Source of the DNA: a virus
Taxonomy: Duplodnaviria > Caudoviricetes
IMG/VR virus record: IMGVR_UViG_3300016662_000042
Coordinates: 1-35,619 of that record
Length of the DNA: 35,619 nt
Direction: 5' to 3' (one strand)
Shown here in pieces: positions 24,117 through 33,534 of the stretch. The notes under the pieces were generated by a model, which was not told the DNA's origin, did no database searches, and was given only the letters and a program-made list of their open reading frames with translations. Position numbers and translations under genes: made by a program. How positions within the stretch are numbered: the first letter of the stretch is position 1; each line of letters opens with the position of its first letter.

Positions 24117-24450
24117 GGAGTTCGTTTTTCTCACCGAGCACAAGCCGGTCAAGTGGATCTGCACGCTCAAGGTGCCCGTCGACGGCAAGCACGAGGCGCG
24201 CACGCTCACCGCGTGGTTCCACGTGCTCGGGCAGGACCGGATCGACGCGGTCGTCGCCGGGCCGATCCTGACCGCGAACGACCGCCTGCTCGACGCCTGC
24301 CTCGACCGGCTCGAGCTCAAGGACGAGAACGGCGCCGTGATCCCGTGGACGGATGCGGTGCGGGAAGCGGCGCTGCGGATCCCGTATCTCCGCGACGGCG
24401 TGATCGCCGCCTTCTTCGAGATGCTGGGACGTCGCCTGCCGGGAAACTGA
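24115..24450 (+). CDS. Tail assembly chaperone (lambda gpG analogue)
   Basis: Between tube and tape measure; ends CCG GGA AAC TGA. Confidence 0.8.
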   Translation: MEFVFLTEHKPVKWICTLKVPVDGKHEARTLTAWFHVLGQDRIDAVVAGPILTANDRLLDACLDRLELKDENGAVIPWTDAVREAALRIPYLRDGVIAAFFEMLGRRLPGN

Positions 24451-24821
24451 AGGCCGCGGCGCGCGCCTGGGCTCAGCCCGCGCCGCGGACCCCGCTCGAC
24501 GAGCAGATGGCAGCGCTGGGCGCCGATGCCGCCACGCGCGCGGCGTGGGCCGAGCGGGCGGCAGCGCAGCGGATCGAGATCGAGCCGGAGAATGTGTCCG
24601 CCGTGCGGCTCTTCCTCGGGCTCTCGACGCAGTGGCGGACCATGGCGATCACGGGAGGCAGCACGGTGATGATCGTCCGGACGTCGCTCGATTACGCCTC
24701 GCTCGGCGTGGTGGCCGGGGCGCTCGGCATCACGCTCGATGACGAGGTGCTGGCCGGCGTCCGGCTCATGGAGGCCGAGGCGCTGGAGGCCATGACCGAG
24801 CAGCTGCGGGTGAGCGCATGA
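24441..24821 (+). CDS. -1 frameshift extension of the tail chaperone (gpGT analogue, DUF1799-like)
   Basis: Slippery heptamer GGGAAAC at 24441-24447; -1 frame open: KLKAAARAW...PENVSAVRLFLGLSTQWR...LDY...MEAEAL. Confidence 0.8.
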   Translation, partial: GKLKAAARAWAQPAPRTPLDEQMAALGADAATRAAWAERAAAQRIEIEPENVSAVRLFLGLSTQWRTMAITGGSTVMIVRTSLDYASLGVVAGALGITLDDEVLAGVRLMEAEALEAMTEQLRVSA

Positions 24822-27391
24822 CCGAGTATGTCGTCCGCGCTGTCATCAATGCCGACGCCAAGGGCCTCGTGCAGGGCGTCCAGCAGGCCGAGACGGCCGT
24901 CGAGGGGCTGAAGGCCGAGTACCAGCGCGTCGGCCGGATCATCGAGGCCACGGACCGAAACATCCAGCAGTCGGCGGCGGGCCCTGGTGTGGCGGCCGTG
25001 GCAGCGGCGACGCGCAACGTGTCCGCCGACGCCGATCGCACAGCCGCGGCCACGGCACGCATGGGATCCGCTCTCGGTGGCGTCGCGAATACGGCGGCAC
25101 TGACGCGCCAGCAGATGATGGCGCTGAACTACACGGTCAACGACGTCGTGGCGTCGCTCGCGTCCGGCATATCGCCGATGACGATCCTCATGCAGCAGGG
25201 CCCGCAGCTCTCGGATGCGTGGGGCGGCGTCGGCCCGCTGTTCGCGTCGATCTCCACCGTGCTGACGCCAATGCGGCTCATCATCGGCGGCGTCGCCGCG
25301 GCGACCGTCGCGGCCATTGCGGCAGGCCTTTCCTATGCCGACAGCATCCGCCAGCTCGACGTCGCGGTGCGCGCCCATGGCAACACGCTGGGCCTGACCG
25401 CAGATGCCTATCGCGGGCTTGCGGCCGAGATGGCGTCGGCAGCCAACGTCTCCGAGCGTGCCGGCCGCGACATCGCTGCAGGCTTCGTCCGTGCCGGGGT
25501 GCAGTCGGACGCCGCGATGCGGATGGCGTCCGAAGCGGCCCGTGGCTTCGCGGTGGCGACCGGCACCGATGCCGTCGAGGCGGCCGCGGAACTCGCTCGG
25601 GCGCTGGCACAGCCGGGCCGCGGTGCGCGCGAGCTGGCCGAGGAATTCAATCTGCTCGACGACGCGACGGTGCAGCAGATCATCTCGATGGAGCGCCAGG
25701 GCGACATCATGGGCGCACAGGAGCGCCTCGCCCAAGCCGTCCAGGAACGGTTCGCCAGCCTCAAGGGCGAGGTCGGCCTCCTCGAGCTCGCCTTCGACCG
25801 CATGGGCATCGCGGCCTCGAATGCCTGGGACTGGATCGGCAAGATCGGGAACTCGCCTGTGGCGTCCCAGATGCTCGCCGGGCTTCTGCCCGGGCAGACC
25901 GGCCTGCAGTTCTTCAACACGTCGTCACCCGCCGCCAGCGGGCCCGAGCCGTCGATCGACCAGGAGATGGCAGCGCAGGGCGGCGCGTATTCGCGTGCGA
26001 CGAACGCCGCCGAGACCCGCGCGCTCGGCGATCTCAACCGGCGCTATGACACCGCGACGAACCGGCTGCGCGAGTTGGCAGACGCCGAGACGCGCGTGCG
26101 GCGCGCGATCGCCTCCGGCATCGGCGATCAGGCCGTGAACGAGCGCACCCTGAACGGCATCCTGGAGGAGCGGAAGCGGCTCCTCGACGGTCAGCGGACC
26201 GAGGCGGACAAGCTCGCCGAGAAGACGACACAGCGGCTGACCGATCTCCGCGCCGAGGTCGCGCTCGCCGAACGCCTCGCCGCGGTGCGCGCCGGCGGCG
26301 ACCGCCGTGCCGTCCGCGAGGCGGAGGCCGAGGCGCGCGCCATCCAGGGCGGGTTCGATCCGGCGACCGCGCAGGGCCGGGAAGCCGCCGGTCTGTTCGC
26401 GCGCGCGGGTGCCGTCGCCGACCACGCGCGCGCGGCGGAGGATCTCCGCCGCCAGATGACGGCGCTGCAGGGGCCTCTGGCCACGGCGATCGCCGACGCC
26501 CATCGCTGGCGCGACGAGACGCTTGGCGGTCTCGATGCCGCCGCGGCCGGCTACCAGGACTATGTGGCGATGGTGGAGGCGGTGCATGGCGAGCGCATCG
26601 CCAAGGCCCTCGCCGAGGATCTGCGGCGGCGCACCGACTGGGCGGCCGGCATCCAGCGCGGGCTCGCCGATCTCAAGGCCGCGGCGGCCGATTTCGCGGC
26701 GACCGCCGAAGCGGCCGTGAAGGGCTGGTCGAGCGAGGGCCAGAACGCATTCGTGGCCTTCGCCCGCACGGGCCGCCTCGAAGTCGGCGGGCTCGCGGAT
26801 TTCGTGGTCGAGCAGTTCGCCAAGATTGCCTACCAGCGCACCCTTCAGGGGCCCCTCGACACGCTTGGAGGGTTCATCTTCGACGGCTTCACTTCGCTGC
26901 TGAACGGCATCCTCGGCGGTGGGGGCGCGGCCTCGCCCGGGCCGCGCATCGGGCCGCCTGTGCTCCATACCGGCGGCATCCTCGGCACCGATGCGGTGCC
27001 GCTGCGATCCCTGCCGCGGTTTCATTCCGGCGTGCTCGCCAACGACGAAACCCTCGCCGTGATCCGCAGTGACGAGGGCGTGTTCACGCCCCGCCAGATG
27101 GACAATGCGAACGCATTGATCGCTGCGATCGCGACGCGGCCGATCATGATCGAGCTGCCGGGTGCCGCCTCGCCGGGCGGGATGCCGCGCGTCGAGGTCC
27201 ACGTGCATGGCGGGCCGGGCGCGCCGCAGAGGACGGAGCAGCGGCGCACCGATGACGGTGGCCTGCGGCTCGACCTGATCTACGATGACATGGCCGGACG
27301 CATGGCCGACGACGTCTCGCGCGGCCGCGGGCCGCTGGGCGCGGCGCTCGAGTCCACCTACGGCATCACGCGGACCCCGGTGCGGCGATGA
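24818..27391 (+). CDS. Tail tape measure protein (lambda-like)
   Basis: 857 aa, Ala-rich helical; NDVVASLASGISPMTILMQQGPQL; C-terminal LHTGG/FHSG motifs. Confidence 0.92.
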   Translation: MTEYVVRAVINADAKGLVQGVQQAETAVEGLKAEYQRVGRIIEATDRNIQQSAAGPGVAAVAAATRNVSADADRTAAATARMGSALGGVANTAALTRQQMMALNYTVNDVVASLASGISPMTILMQQGPQLSDAWGGVGPLFASISTVLTPMRLIIGGVAAATVAAIAAGLSYADSIRQLDVAVRAHGNTLGLTADAYRGLAAEMASAANVSERAGRDIAAGFVRAGVQSDAAMRMASEAARGFAVATGTDAVEAAAELARALAQPGRGARELAEEFNLLDDATVQQIISMERQGDIMGAQERLAQAVQERFASLKGEVGLLELAFDRMGIAASNAWDWIGKIGNSPVASQMLAGLLPGQTGLQFFNTSSPAASGPEPSIDQEMAAQGGAYSRATNAAETRALGDLNRRYDTATNRLRELADAETRVRRAIASGIGDQAVNERTLNGILEERKRLLDGQRTEADKLAEKTTQRLTDLRAEVALAERLAAVRAGGDRRAVREAEAEARAIQGGFDPATAQGREAAGLFARAGAVADHARAAEDLRRQMTALQGPLATAIADAHRWRDETLGGLDAAAAGYQDYVAMVEAVHGERIAKALAEDLRRRTDWAAGIQRGLADLKAAAADFAATAEAAVKGWSSEGQNAFVAFARTGRLEVGGLADFVVEQFAKIAYQRTLQGPLDTLGGFIFDGFTSLLNGILGGGGAASPGPRIGPPVLHTGGILGTDAVPLRSLPRFHSGVLANDETLAVIRSDEGVFTPRQMDNANALIAAIATRPIMIELPGAASPGGMPRVEVHVHGGPGAPQRTEQRRTDDGGLRLDLIYDDMAGRMADDVSRGRGPLGAALESTYGITRTPVRR

Positions 27392-27873
27392 GCACGATCC
27401 GTTGGCCCTCCTACGCCTTCCGGTTCGAGCCGCTGGCGGCCGACCTCGCCTATGAGCTGCAGCCGGTGGGCGTGCGCGCCGACATGGAGGCAGGCCCCGC
27501 GCGCCAGCGCCGCCTGTTCCGGCCGCAGGTGACGCGCGTCGCCTGCGCATGGCCAATGACAGCAGCCGAGATGGAGATGTTCCGGGCGTGGCATCAGCAC
27601 GATCTCGCCGGCGGCTACGCGTGGTTCGTCGTGCCGGTGCTCACCGGGACGGCCTATGTGGATCACGAGGCGCGGTTCGAGCGCGGCGAATTCACGGCGC
27701 GGCGGCGCGGCGGCGAGTACGTGGTGAACGCCGTGCTGGAGGTGCGGTCCCTCGCGACGCCCACGCTGGCGGAGGCCGCGATCACCGCGCTGGGCGGCGA
27801 TGCCGGGACCGCGGCGGCGGACGACCTTCTGCACACGATCGTGCACACCGACTATCCCGGAGCGGTGCCGTGA
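27388..27873 (+). CDS. Distal tail-like minor tail protein
   Basis: RADMEAGPARQRR, FRAW...GGYAWF; follows tape measure. Confidence 0.75.
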   Translation: MSTIRWPSYAFRFEPLAADLAYELQPVGVRADMEAGPARQRRLFRPQVTRVACAWPMTAAEMEMFRAWHQHDLAGGYAWFVVPVLTGTAYVDHEARFERGEFTARRRGGEYVVNAVLEVRSLATPTLAEAAITALGGDAGTAAADDLLHTIVHTDYPGAVP

Positions 27874-28403
27874 GCGATCCCTATCGCGACGACCTGAAGG
27901 AGTACTTTTTCGCGGCACCCGCCGACGCGATCGCCCTCGACACGCTGGAGTTCCGGCACCCGGCCTTCGTGGCGGACGGCGCGCCGGTCGCCGTCCGCAT
28001 CGTGCGTGCGCCGGCCGACATCGTGGCCACGCTGGAGGCCGGCGCGCCCTTCCAGGCGGGACAGGCCGTGACGTTCCGCGCCCTGGCCTTCGCGTTGCGC
28101 CCGCCCGAAAGCCCCGAGCGCGGCCTGCCCGTGGTCGAGCTCGCGATCGACAACGCCACCGCGGAGCTGATGCCATGGCTCGAGCTGGCGACCGCGAGCT
28201 TCGCGCCGATCGCGCTGAGCTACCGGCAGTATCTGGATCACGATCTCACCGCCCCGGCGTATGTGCTGCACGGCCTGACCGCACGGCGGGTGCGGGGCGA
28301 TGCGCTGCGGATCACCGGCACGGCCGGGTTCGAGGACTTCCTCTCACAGCCGTTCCCGGCGCAGATCTACACGCTGGAGGCGTTCCGTGGGCTGGCACGC
28401 TGA
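27870..28403 (+). CDS. Minor tail protein (DUF1833-like)
   Basis: LDTLEFRHPAF, ATLEAGAP, LAIDN, YRQYL, FPAQIYT; GTGA coupling. Confidence 0.78.
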   Translation: MSDPYRDDLKEYFFAAPADAIALDTLEFRHPAFVADGAPVAVRIVRAPADIVATLEAGAPFQAGQAVTFRALAFALRPPESPERGLPVVELAIDNATAELMPWLELATASFAPIALSYRQYLDHDLTAPAYVLHGLTARRVRGDALRITGTAGFEDFLSQPFPAQIYTLEAFRGLAR

Positions 28404-28854
28404 GGTTAGCGCCGCGCCTGCGCCTGCCGCGCAGGTGGCTTACATCCGCCGCGTCGTGGGACTGCCGTGGCAGAGCGGCGCGCAAGGTCCGGACGCCTAC
28501 GATTGCTGGGGCCTGGCGCGCGACTGCCAGCGTGTGCTGTTCGGGAGGGAGCTGCCGCTGGCGGCGGTGGACGCGCATTCTGCCCATGCGGTCGTGACGG
28601 CGCTTCTGGGCCACGCCGAACGGGCGCGATGGGCGGCGGTGGACGTGCCTGCGGCCGGCGACCTGGTCGAGATGCGGCGGCGTGACCTGCCGCACCATAT
28701 CGGCGTGTGGCTCGATCCTGACGGCGGTGGCGTGCTGCATGCCGCGCGGAGCTACGGCGTTGCGTTCGAGCGGCCCCTGCAGCTCGCCTGCGCGGGCTTC
28801 GGCGCTCCGCGCTTCTACCGCTTCGCCCCATCCTCACCCGGAGCGTCGCCATGA
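28387..28854 (+). CDS. NlpC/P60-family tail tip protein (lambda gpK-like)
   Basis: GPDAYDCWGL, GDLV, HHIGVW, VLHA; GGAGG 6 nt before GTG 28387. Confidence 0.85.
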   Translation: MGWHAEVSAAPAPAAQVAYIRRVVGLPWQSGAQGPDAYDCWGLARDCQRVLFGRELPLAAVDAHSAHAVVTALLGHAERARWAAVDVPAAGDLVEMRRRDLPHHIGVWLDPDGGGVLHAARSYGVAFERPLQLACAGFGAPRFYRFAPSSPGASP

Positions 28855-31526
28855 CGGTGCCCGCGCCGCGGCTCGCCCGCATCGTGCACGTGACGCATCC
28901 GATCGAGCCGTGGCGGGCTGCACGGTTCCTGCCAGCCATGGCCGGGCAGCGGGTGAGCGCCGTGCTCGGAGAACGCCGCCTGCCACCCGCGACGCTGCTG
29001 CTGCGGCGCGGTCCCGACGGCCGTTATGCGCCCGTGAAGCGCGCCTCATGGGACGATGAGGCCCTCGCCGCCGACGAGACGGCGCTGCTGGTCACGCTGC
29101 CGCAGGGCGGCAACCAGGGCTCGAACCCGCTGGCCATCCTGGCGATGATTGCTGTCGCCGCTCTGGCCGCGTGGGCCGGGCCAGCCGCTGCGGCGGCGCT
29201 CGGTTTCGCGCAAGGCACCACGGCGTTCGCCGTTGCCTCGGCGGCCATCTCGACATCCGTTGCGGCCGCAGGCGCAATCCTCGTGCAGGCGATCCTGCCG
29301 CCGCCATCCGCCGCGCTGCCCCGCACGTCGACAGGGCTTTCGCCCACCTATTCGCTCCAAGCGCAGGCCAACCGGGCCCGCATCGGTGAGGCGATCCCGG
29401 AGCTGTTCGGGCGCCACATCGTGTTCTGCGATCTGGGCGCCGAGCCCTGGTACGAGTTCGTCGCGAACGAGCAGCAGCTCTACCAGGTGTTCGTGGTGGG
29501 GCGCGGCACGTACGACATCGAGCAGATCCGCATCGGCGAGACGATCGTGTGGGCCAATGGCGCGTCCACCGGCACCTATCCCGGGCTGGAGATCGAGATC
29601 GTCACGCCCGGCAACGCGATCTCGCGCTTCGCGGACAATGTGACGTCGTCGCTCGAGGTGCAGGGCATCGAGCTGCGTGGCCCGAACGAGGCCAATGCCG
29701 GTTATGCCGGGCCCTTCACGGCGAACCCGGCGGGCACGCGGACGAACACGCTGGCCGTCGACGTGATCTTCCCCGGAGGGCTGTTCGAAGTGTCCGGCTC
29801 GACGACGATCAACGCCTCGGCCGAGGTGGCGTTCGAGGCGCGCTCCATCGACGACGCCGGCGTGGCCACGGGCGGCTGGACCGAGATCATCCGAGAGACC
29901 ATCACGCGCAACGCCCGCGAGCCGCAGCGCATCACGCTGCAGGCCTATGTGGCGCCCGGGCGCTACGAGGTGCGCGCGAAGCGCATCAGCAACCGCAGCA
30001 CATCGTCTCTGGTCTCGCACCTCGTCCAATGGGGGACGCTGCGCGCGTTCCTGCCGCAGCTCACGACCTATGGCGACACGACCGTGATCGCAGTGGCGGC
30101 GCGAGCCTCGGCCGCGCTCAACGGGCAATCGGCGCAGCGCTTCAACGTCATCGCTACGCGCAAGTTGCCCATGTGGTCGGCGGACGGCGGCTGGGCCGCG
30201 CCTGCCGCCACGCGATCACCGGCGTGGGCGGCGGTGTATGCGCTGCGCACGGTCCTGCCCGACGCGCGCATCGACCTTCCGGCCTTCGTCGCGCTCGCGG
30301 CCGGCGCCGCGGCCCGGGGTGATACGTTCGACGGCGTGTTCGACCAGCAAAGGCCGCTGTGGGAAGTTGTGCAGGCGATCCTGCGCGTGACGCGCGCGCA
30401 GGCCGTGCTGGCGGGATCGGCCGTGACGTGCCTGCGCGACGAGCCGCGCGCGGCGCCGCGCACAGCCTTCACGCCGCGCCAGATCCGGCGCGGGAGCTTC
30501 TCGTTCGAGCACGTCTTCCAGAGCGAGGACTCAGCCGACTCGGTCATCGTCGAGTACATCGACAGCACGACGTGGAACCCGGCCGAGATCCATTGCACGC
30601 CGCCCGGCTCACCGGGCCTGAAGCCCGCACGCGTCCAGATGATCGGCATCGCGAACCGCGGACAGGCCTGGCGCGAGGGGCAATACATTGCGCGGGCGTC
30701 GGCCTTCCGCCGCGCTTTCGTCTCGCTATCGACGGAGCTTGACGGGCGCGTGCTCATGCGCGGCGACCTTGTGCGCGTGTCGCATCCCCTGCCGCGCTGG
30801 GGCCAGTCGGCCGACATCCTCTTGGTCGACGGCGACTGGCTGGTGGTCGACGCTGCGCTTGAGGCGCCGGCCGGCCCGGCCGTGGCTGCGATCGTCGCGC
30901 CTGACGGGCGCGTCCTTGGGCCTGTCGCGGCGACGCTTGGCGTCAGCGGCGACCGCGTGCGGCTCGATGCACCGCTGACCGGCACTGGCCGCTATGCAGG
31001 GACCGGACTGGCGACATGGACAATCGGCACGCCGGCGGTGAGCGTGTGGGACGGCCGGTCGGAGCGCCCGCGGCTCCTGTTCGGCACCGAGGCCGACTGG
31101 GCGCGTGAGCTCCTCGTGGTTGCAGCCCGGCCCTCCGGCGCTGACGTGATCGACGTGGCGCTGGTGGCCGATGATGCGCGCGTGCATGCCGATCCCGGTG
31201 CGCCGCCGTCGCTGCCGCCACCTGTGGTGCCGCCGGCGGTAAACCTGACGATCGAAGGTATCGCACTCTCGGAGGGCGGGACGCCGCAGGCGCCCGAGTT
31301 GGTGGTAGAGGCATTCGGGGCGGCCGATGCCACGAGTTTCGACCGCCAGTGGCAGCTCAACGGGTCGATCTGGTCACCCGTCGAGGCCGTGATGCGCATC
31401 TCGACGATCCCCGTCTCGGCGGGGAACTACGGGACATGGACGGTGCGGGTGCGGGCGCGGACCGCGACCGCGACCGGGCCGTGGGCCGAGCATGCTCAGC
31501 AGATCTACTTTGCCACCGACCCCTGA
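28851..31526 (+). CDS. Tail tip/host-specificity protein (TipJ-like)
   Basis: NRARIGEAIPELFG, ATRKLP, TRSPAWA, FDGVFD, RGDLVRVSH; 891 aa. Confidence 0.88.
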   Translation: MTVPAPRLARIVHVTHPIEPWRAARFLPAMAGQRVSAVLGERRLPPATLLLRRGPDGRYAPVKRASWDDEALAADETALLVTLPQGGNQGSNPLAILAMIAVAALAAWAGPAAAAALGFAQGTTAFAVASAAISTSVAAAGAILVQAILPPPSAALPRTSTGLSPTYSLQAQANRARIGEAIPELFGRHIVFCDLGAEPWYEFVANEQQLYQVFVVGRGTYDIEQIRIGETIVWANGASTGTYPGLEIEIVTPGNAISRFADNVTSSLEVQGIELRGPNEANAGYAGPFTANPAGTRTNTLAVDVIFPGGLFEVSGSTTINASAEVAFEARSIDDAGVATGGWTEIIRETITRNAREPQRITLQAYVAPGRYEVRAKRISNRSTSSLVSHLVQWGTLRAFLPQLTTYGDTTVIAVAARASAALNGQSAQRFNVIATRKLPMWSADGGWAAPAATRSPAWAAVYALRTVLPDARIDLPAFVALAAGAAARGDTFDGVFDQQRPLWEVVQAILRVTRAQAVLAGSAVTCLRDEPRAAPRTAFTPRQIRRGSFSFEHVFQSEDSADSVIVEYIDSTTWNPAEIHCTPPGSPGLKPARVQMIGIANRGQAWREGQYIARASAFRRAFVSLSTELDGRVLMRGDLVRVSHPLPRWGQSADILLVDGDWLVVDAALEAPAGPAVAAIVAPDGRVLGPVAATLGVSGDRVRLDAPLTGTGRYAGTGLATWTIGTPAVSVWDGRSERPRLLFGTEADWARELLVVAARPSGADVIDVALVADDARVHADPGAPPSLPPPVVPPAVNLTIEGIALSEGGTPQAPELVVEAFGAADATSFDRQWQLNGSIWSPVEAVMRISTIPVSAGNYGTWTVRVRARTATATGPWAEHAQQIYFATDP

Positions 31527-31535
31527 TGCGCGGGC

Positions 31536-31551
31536 GCTGAACGCAGTCAGC
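31536..31551 (+). promoter_or_regulatory. Late-promoter activator box 3 (fibre operon), GCTGAACGCAGTCAGC
   Basis: Third copy of the palindrome; -10-like AAGAGT (31578-31583), then 6 nt to ATG 31590. Confidence 0.72.
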
Positions 31552-31589
31552 GCCGCGGCGAAGGCCGCGCGCGCGCGAAGAGTGCGGGC

Positions 31590-33476
31590 ATGAGCGCGCT
31601 GCAGGATCTCGCACGGCTACAGGCCGACATCGCCAAGCTGAACGCCATTGTCAACGGCACCGCTGGCCAGACCGTCGCGATCGACAGCGGCACTGTGCCA
31701 ACGCTCGCAAATGTGCTGGCACAGATCCGCTCTTATGCCGTCATTTTCGCCGACGGTGCCGCGATGCGGGCGGACCTCAACCACGCGGCCGGGCGCGTGG
31801 CGGAAACGCTTGCACCGGCTGGCGGAGACGACGCGGGGTTCTATCTAAAGTCGGGGAGCGCTGGCGCGGGCACATGGACATATCTCGCGCCTTCGAGAGC
31901 AGCATCAGCGGCGAGCAGTGCCACGGCCGCGGCCGCATCGGCCACGGCGGCTGCGGGGAGCGCGACGGCTGCGGCAGCGTCGGCCGCGGCGGTTGATCTC
32001 GGCGCGCTCAACACAGCCGTTAGCAATGCCGCGGCAAGCGCCACAGCTGCCTCCGGGTCCGCATCGGCGGCGGCCGGGTCCGCATCGGCTGCGGCAGCGT
32101 CGGCGGCGTTGGCGGGATGGCCTCTGCGGGCACGCACGGCCGCCGCCCGTGATCAGCTGGCGCGACTACCGTTCCGCGCGGTCGAGAGTGTCTATGTCGG
32201 TGACGTGTTGCCGACGGCGTCGGCGCCGGTGGCCGCCATGCGCCTGCATGCGGACTGGATTTTGGTCCGGGTGCGGAACGCCGGCCTGGCAACGGCCGGG
32301 CCTGACCCGATCTATTTCAACGAATACATCTACCGGAACCCGTCGGGATACGCTGGCGTCGATGGCGGCTGGCAGCTTGTCGCGCATCGGTGTTACGCCA
32401 AAGGGTACTACACCACGATTTTCATGTCGCCCGACGATGCTGGCGGCATTCCGAACGCGGATTTTGCAATCCGCATCGGCCTCATGGCCGACGCCTACGT
32501 CTCGTCGGGCGACACGGGCGCCTGGCGCTATCGCGGTTTCGGTCACGGCGGGATGCTGAACACGCCCGCTAACAACGTCATCTCGTCAGACGGCGCCGCC
32601 GGAAACCTGTCTCTGGTCGGCACGTGGGGCGTTGGGGCGACCGCCTACGGCACATTTTTCACCATCGAGTGTCCCTATGGGCTTGTTCTCCCGCCCAAGA
32701 CGCTGCTGACCAATCCCGTCGCCACGGACGGCTCAACAGGGACCGTGACCGTGACGTGGGCGAACCACGGCATGAGCAACGGAATGCGCGTGCGGCTCTC
32801 CGGCATCACGAGCACGGGCGGCATTACTGGCGCGCAGATGACAGGCGTCTTTGCGATTTCCGGCGCGACGACGAACACGTTCCAGATCACGACCGCAGGC
32901 ACATCAACGAGCGCCGCGAGCGGCGGCGGCAGCGCAGGCACCATCGAGATCGAGGTGTGTGACCTGACATACATTATCTCGCACGGCGCGAGCTTTGGAA
33001 TGCGGCGCTATCTGAAGCAGCAATACAAGAGCGCATTCAGTCCGGCTGTTGGGTTTCAGGACAGCTACCACGTCCTGTTCGGCGTGGACCCCTACGACAT
33101 CGACTCCTTCAGGCCGACTGGAAAATCTGCGCTGGAAATCCTGCGCGACGGCACGGTCAAGAGCGATGGCGGCGCCTGGAACATAGGGTCAAGCACGATC
33201 TATCAGGCGTATAGCGCATTTGACGCAACGCTCGTGCTGCGCGTCACCGACGAGTACGGACGGCCAATCCGTGCAAGCGATGGCTCCGTGGCGGCGTATG
33301 CGTTCAACTCAGGATCGAGACGCTTCTTCAACGACGTCGCGGACTACCCCAAGTTTTATGCGCCATTTGCATCATCCGCCGAAGTGAGCCCTGCGGCCGT
33401 CGAGGTTAGCAAGTCGATTTTCTACGAGTGCCAATCGACATTCGCTGTTGTGCATCTCAGCGGCGGGCCGACGTAA
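31590..33476 (+). CDS. Tail fibre/receptor-binding protein
   Basis: N-terminal IVNG...VPTLA anchor, Ala/Ser repeat stalk (about 31900-32115), aromatic beta-rich C-terminal part with shifted codon usage. Confidence 0.75.
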   Translation: MSALQDLARLQADIAKLNAIVNGTAGQTVAIDSGTVPTLANVLAQIRSYAVIFADGAAMRADLNHAAGRVAETLAPAGGDDAGFYLKSGSAGAGTWTYLAPSRAASAASSATAAAASATAAAGSATAAAASAAAVDLGALNTAVSNAAASATAASGSASAAAGSASAAAASAALAGWPLRARTAAARDQLARLPFRAVESVYVGDVLPTASAPVAAMRLHADWILVRVRNAGLATAGPDPIYFNEYIYRNPSGYAGVDGGWQLVAHRCYAKGYYTTIFMSPDDAGGIPNADFAIRIGLMADAYVSSGDTGAWRYRGFGHGGMLNTPANNVISSDGAAGNLSLVGTWGVGATAYGTFFTIECPYGLVLPPKTLLTNPVATDGSTGTVTVTWANHGMSNGMRVRLSGITSTGGITGAQMTGVFAISGATTNTFQITTAGTSTSAASGGGSAGTIEIEVCDLTYIISHGASFGMRRYLKQQYKSAFSPAVGFQDSYHVLFGVDPYDIDSFRPTGKSALEILRDGTVKSDGGAWNIGSSTIYQAYSAFDATLVLRVTDEYGRPIRASDGSVAAYAFNSGSRRFFNDVADYPKFYAPFASSAEVSPAAVEVSKSIFYECQSTFAVVHLSGGPT

Positions 33477-33534
33477 GGCGACCGCGGCACGGAGTGTTTC
33501 CGATGCTCGATTTCTTTCCTCATGAGGAGGGCCT

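Noticed and set aside
1074-27556. Many long antisense or alternate-frame ORFs (e.g. 1074-2627, 2741-3976, 13727-15085, 16862-18211, 25925-27556)
   Set aside because: They shadow well-supported phage genes; stop-poor frames are expected in GC-rich DNA; no motifs or RBS
28387-28854. NlpC/P60 protein as the endolysin
   Set aside because: It sits between minor tail and TipJ genes, the lambda gpK position, far from holin and spanins
33517-33528. Palindrome TCCTCATGAGGA over an RBS
   Set aside because: Only a 4-bp stem as RNA and a single occurrence; too weak to call regulatory
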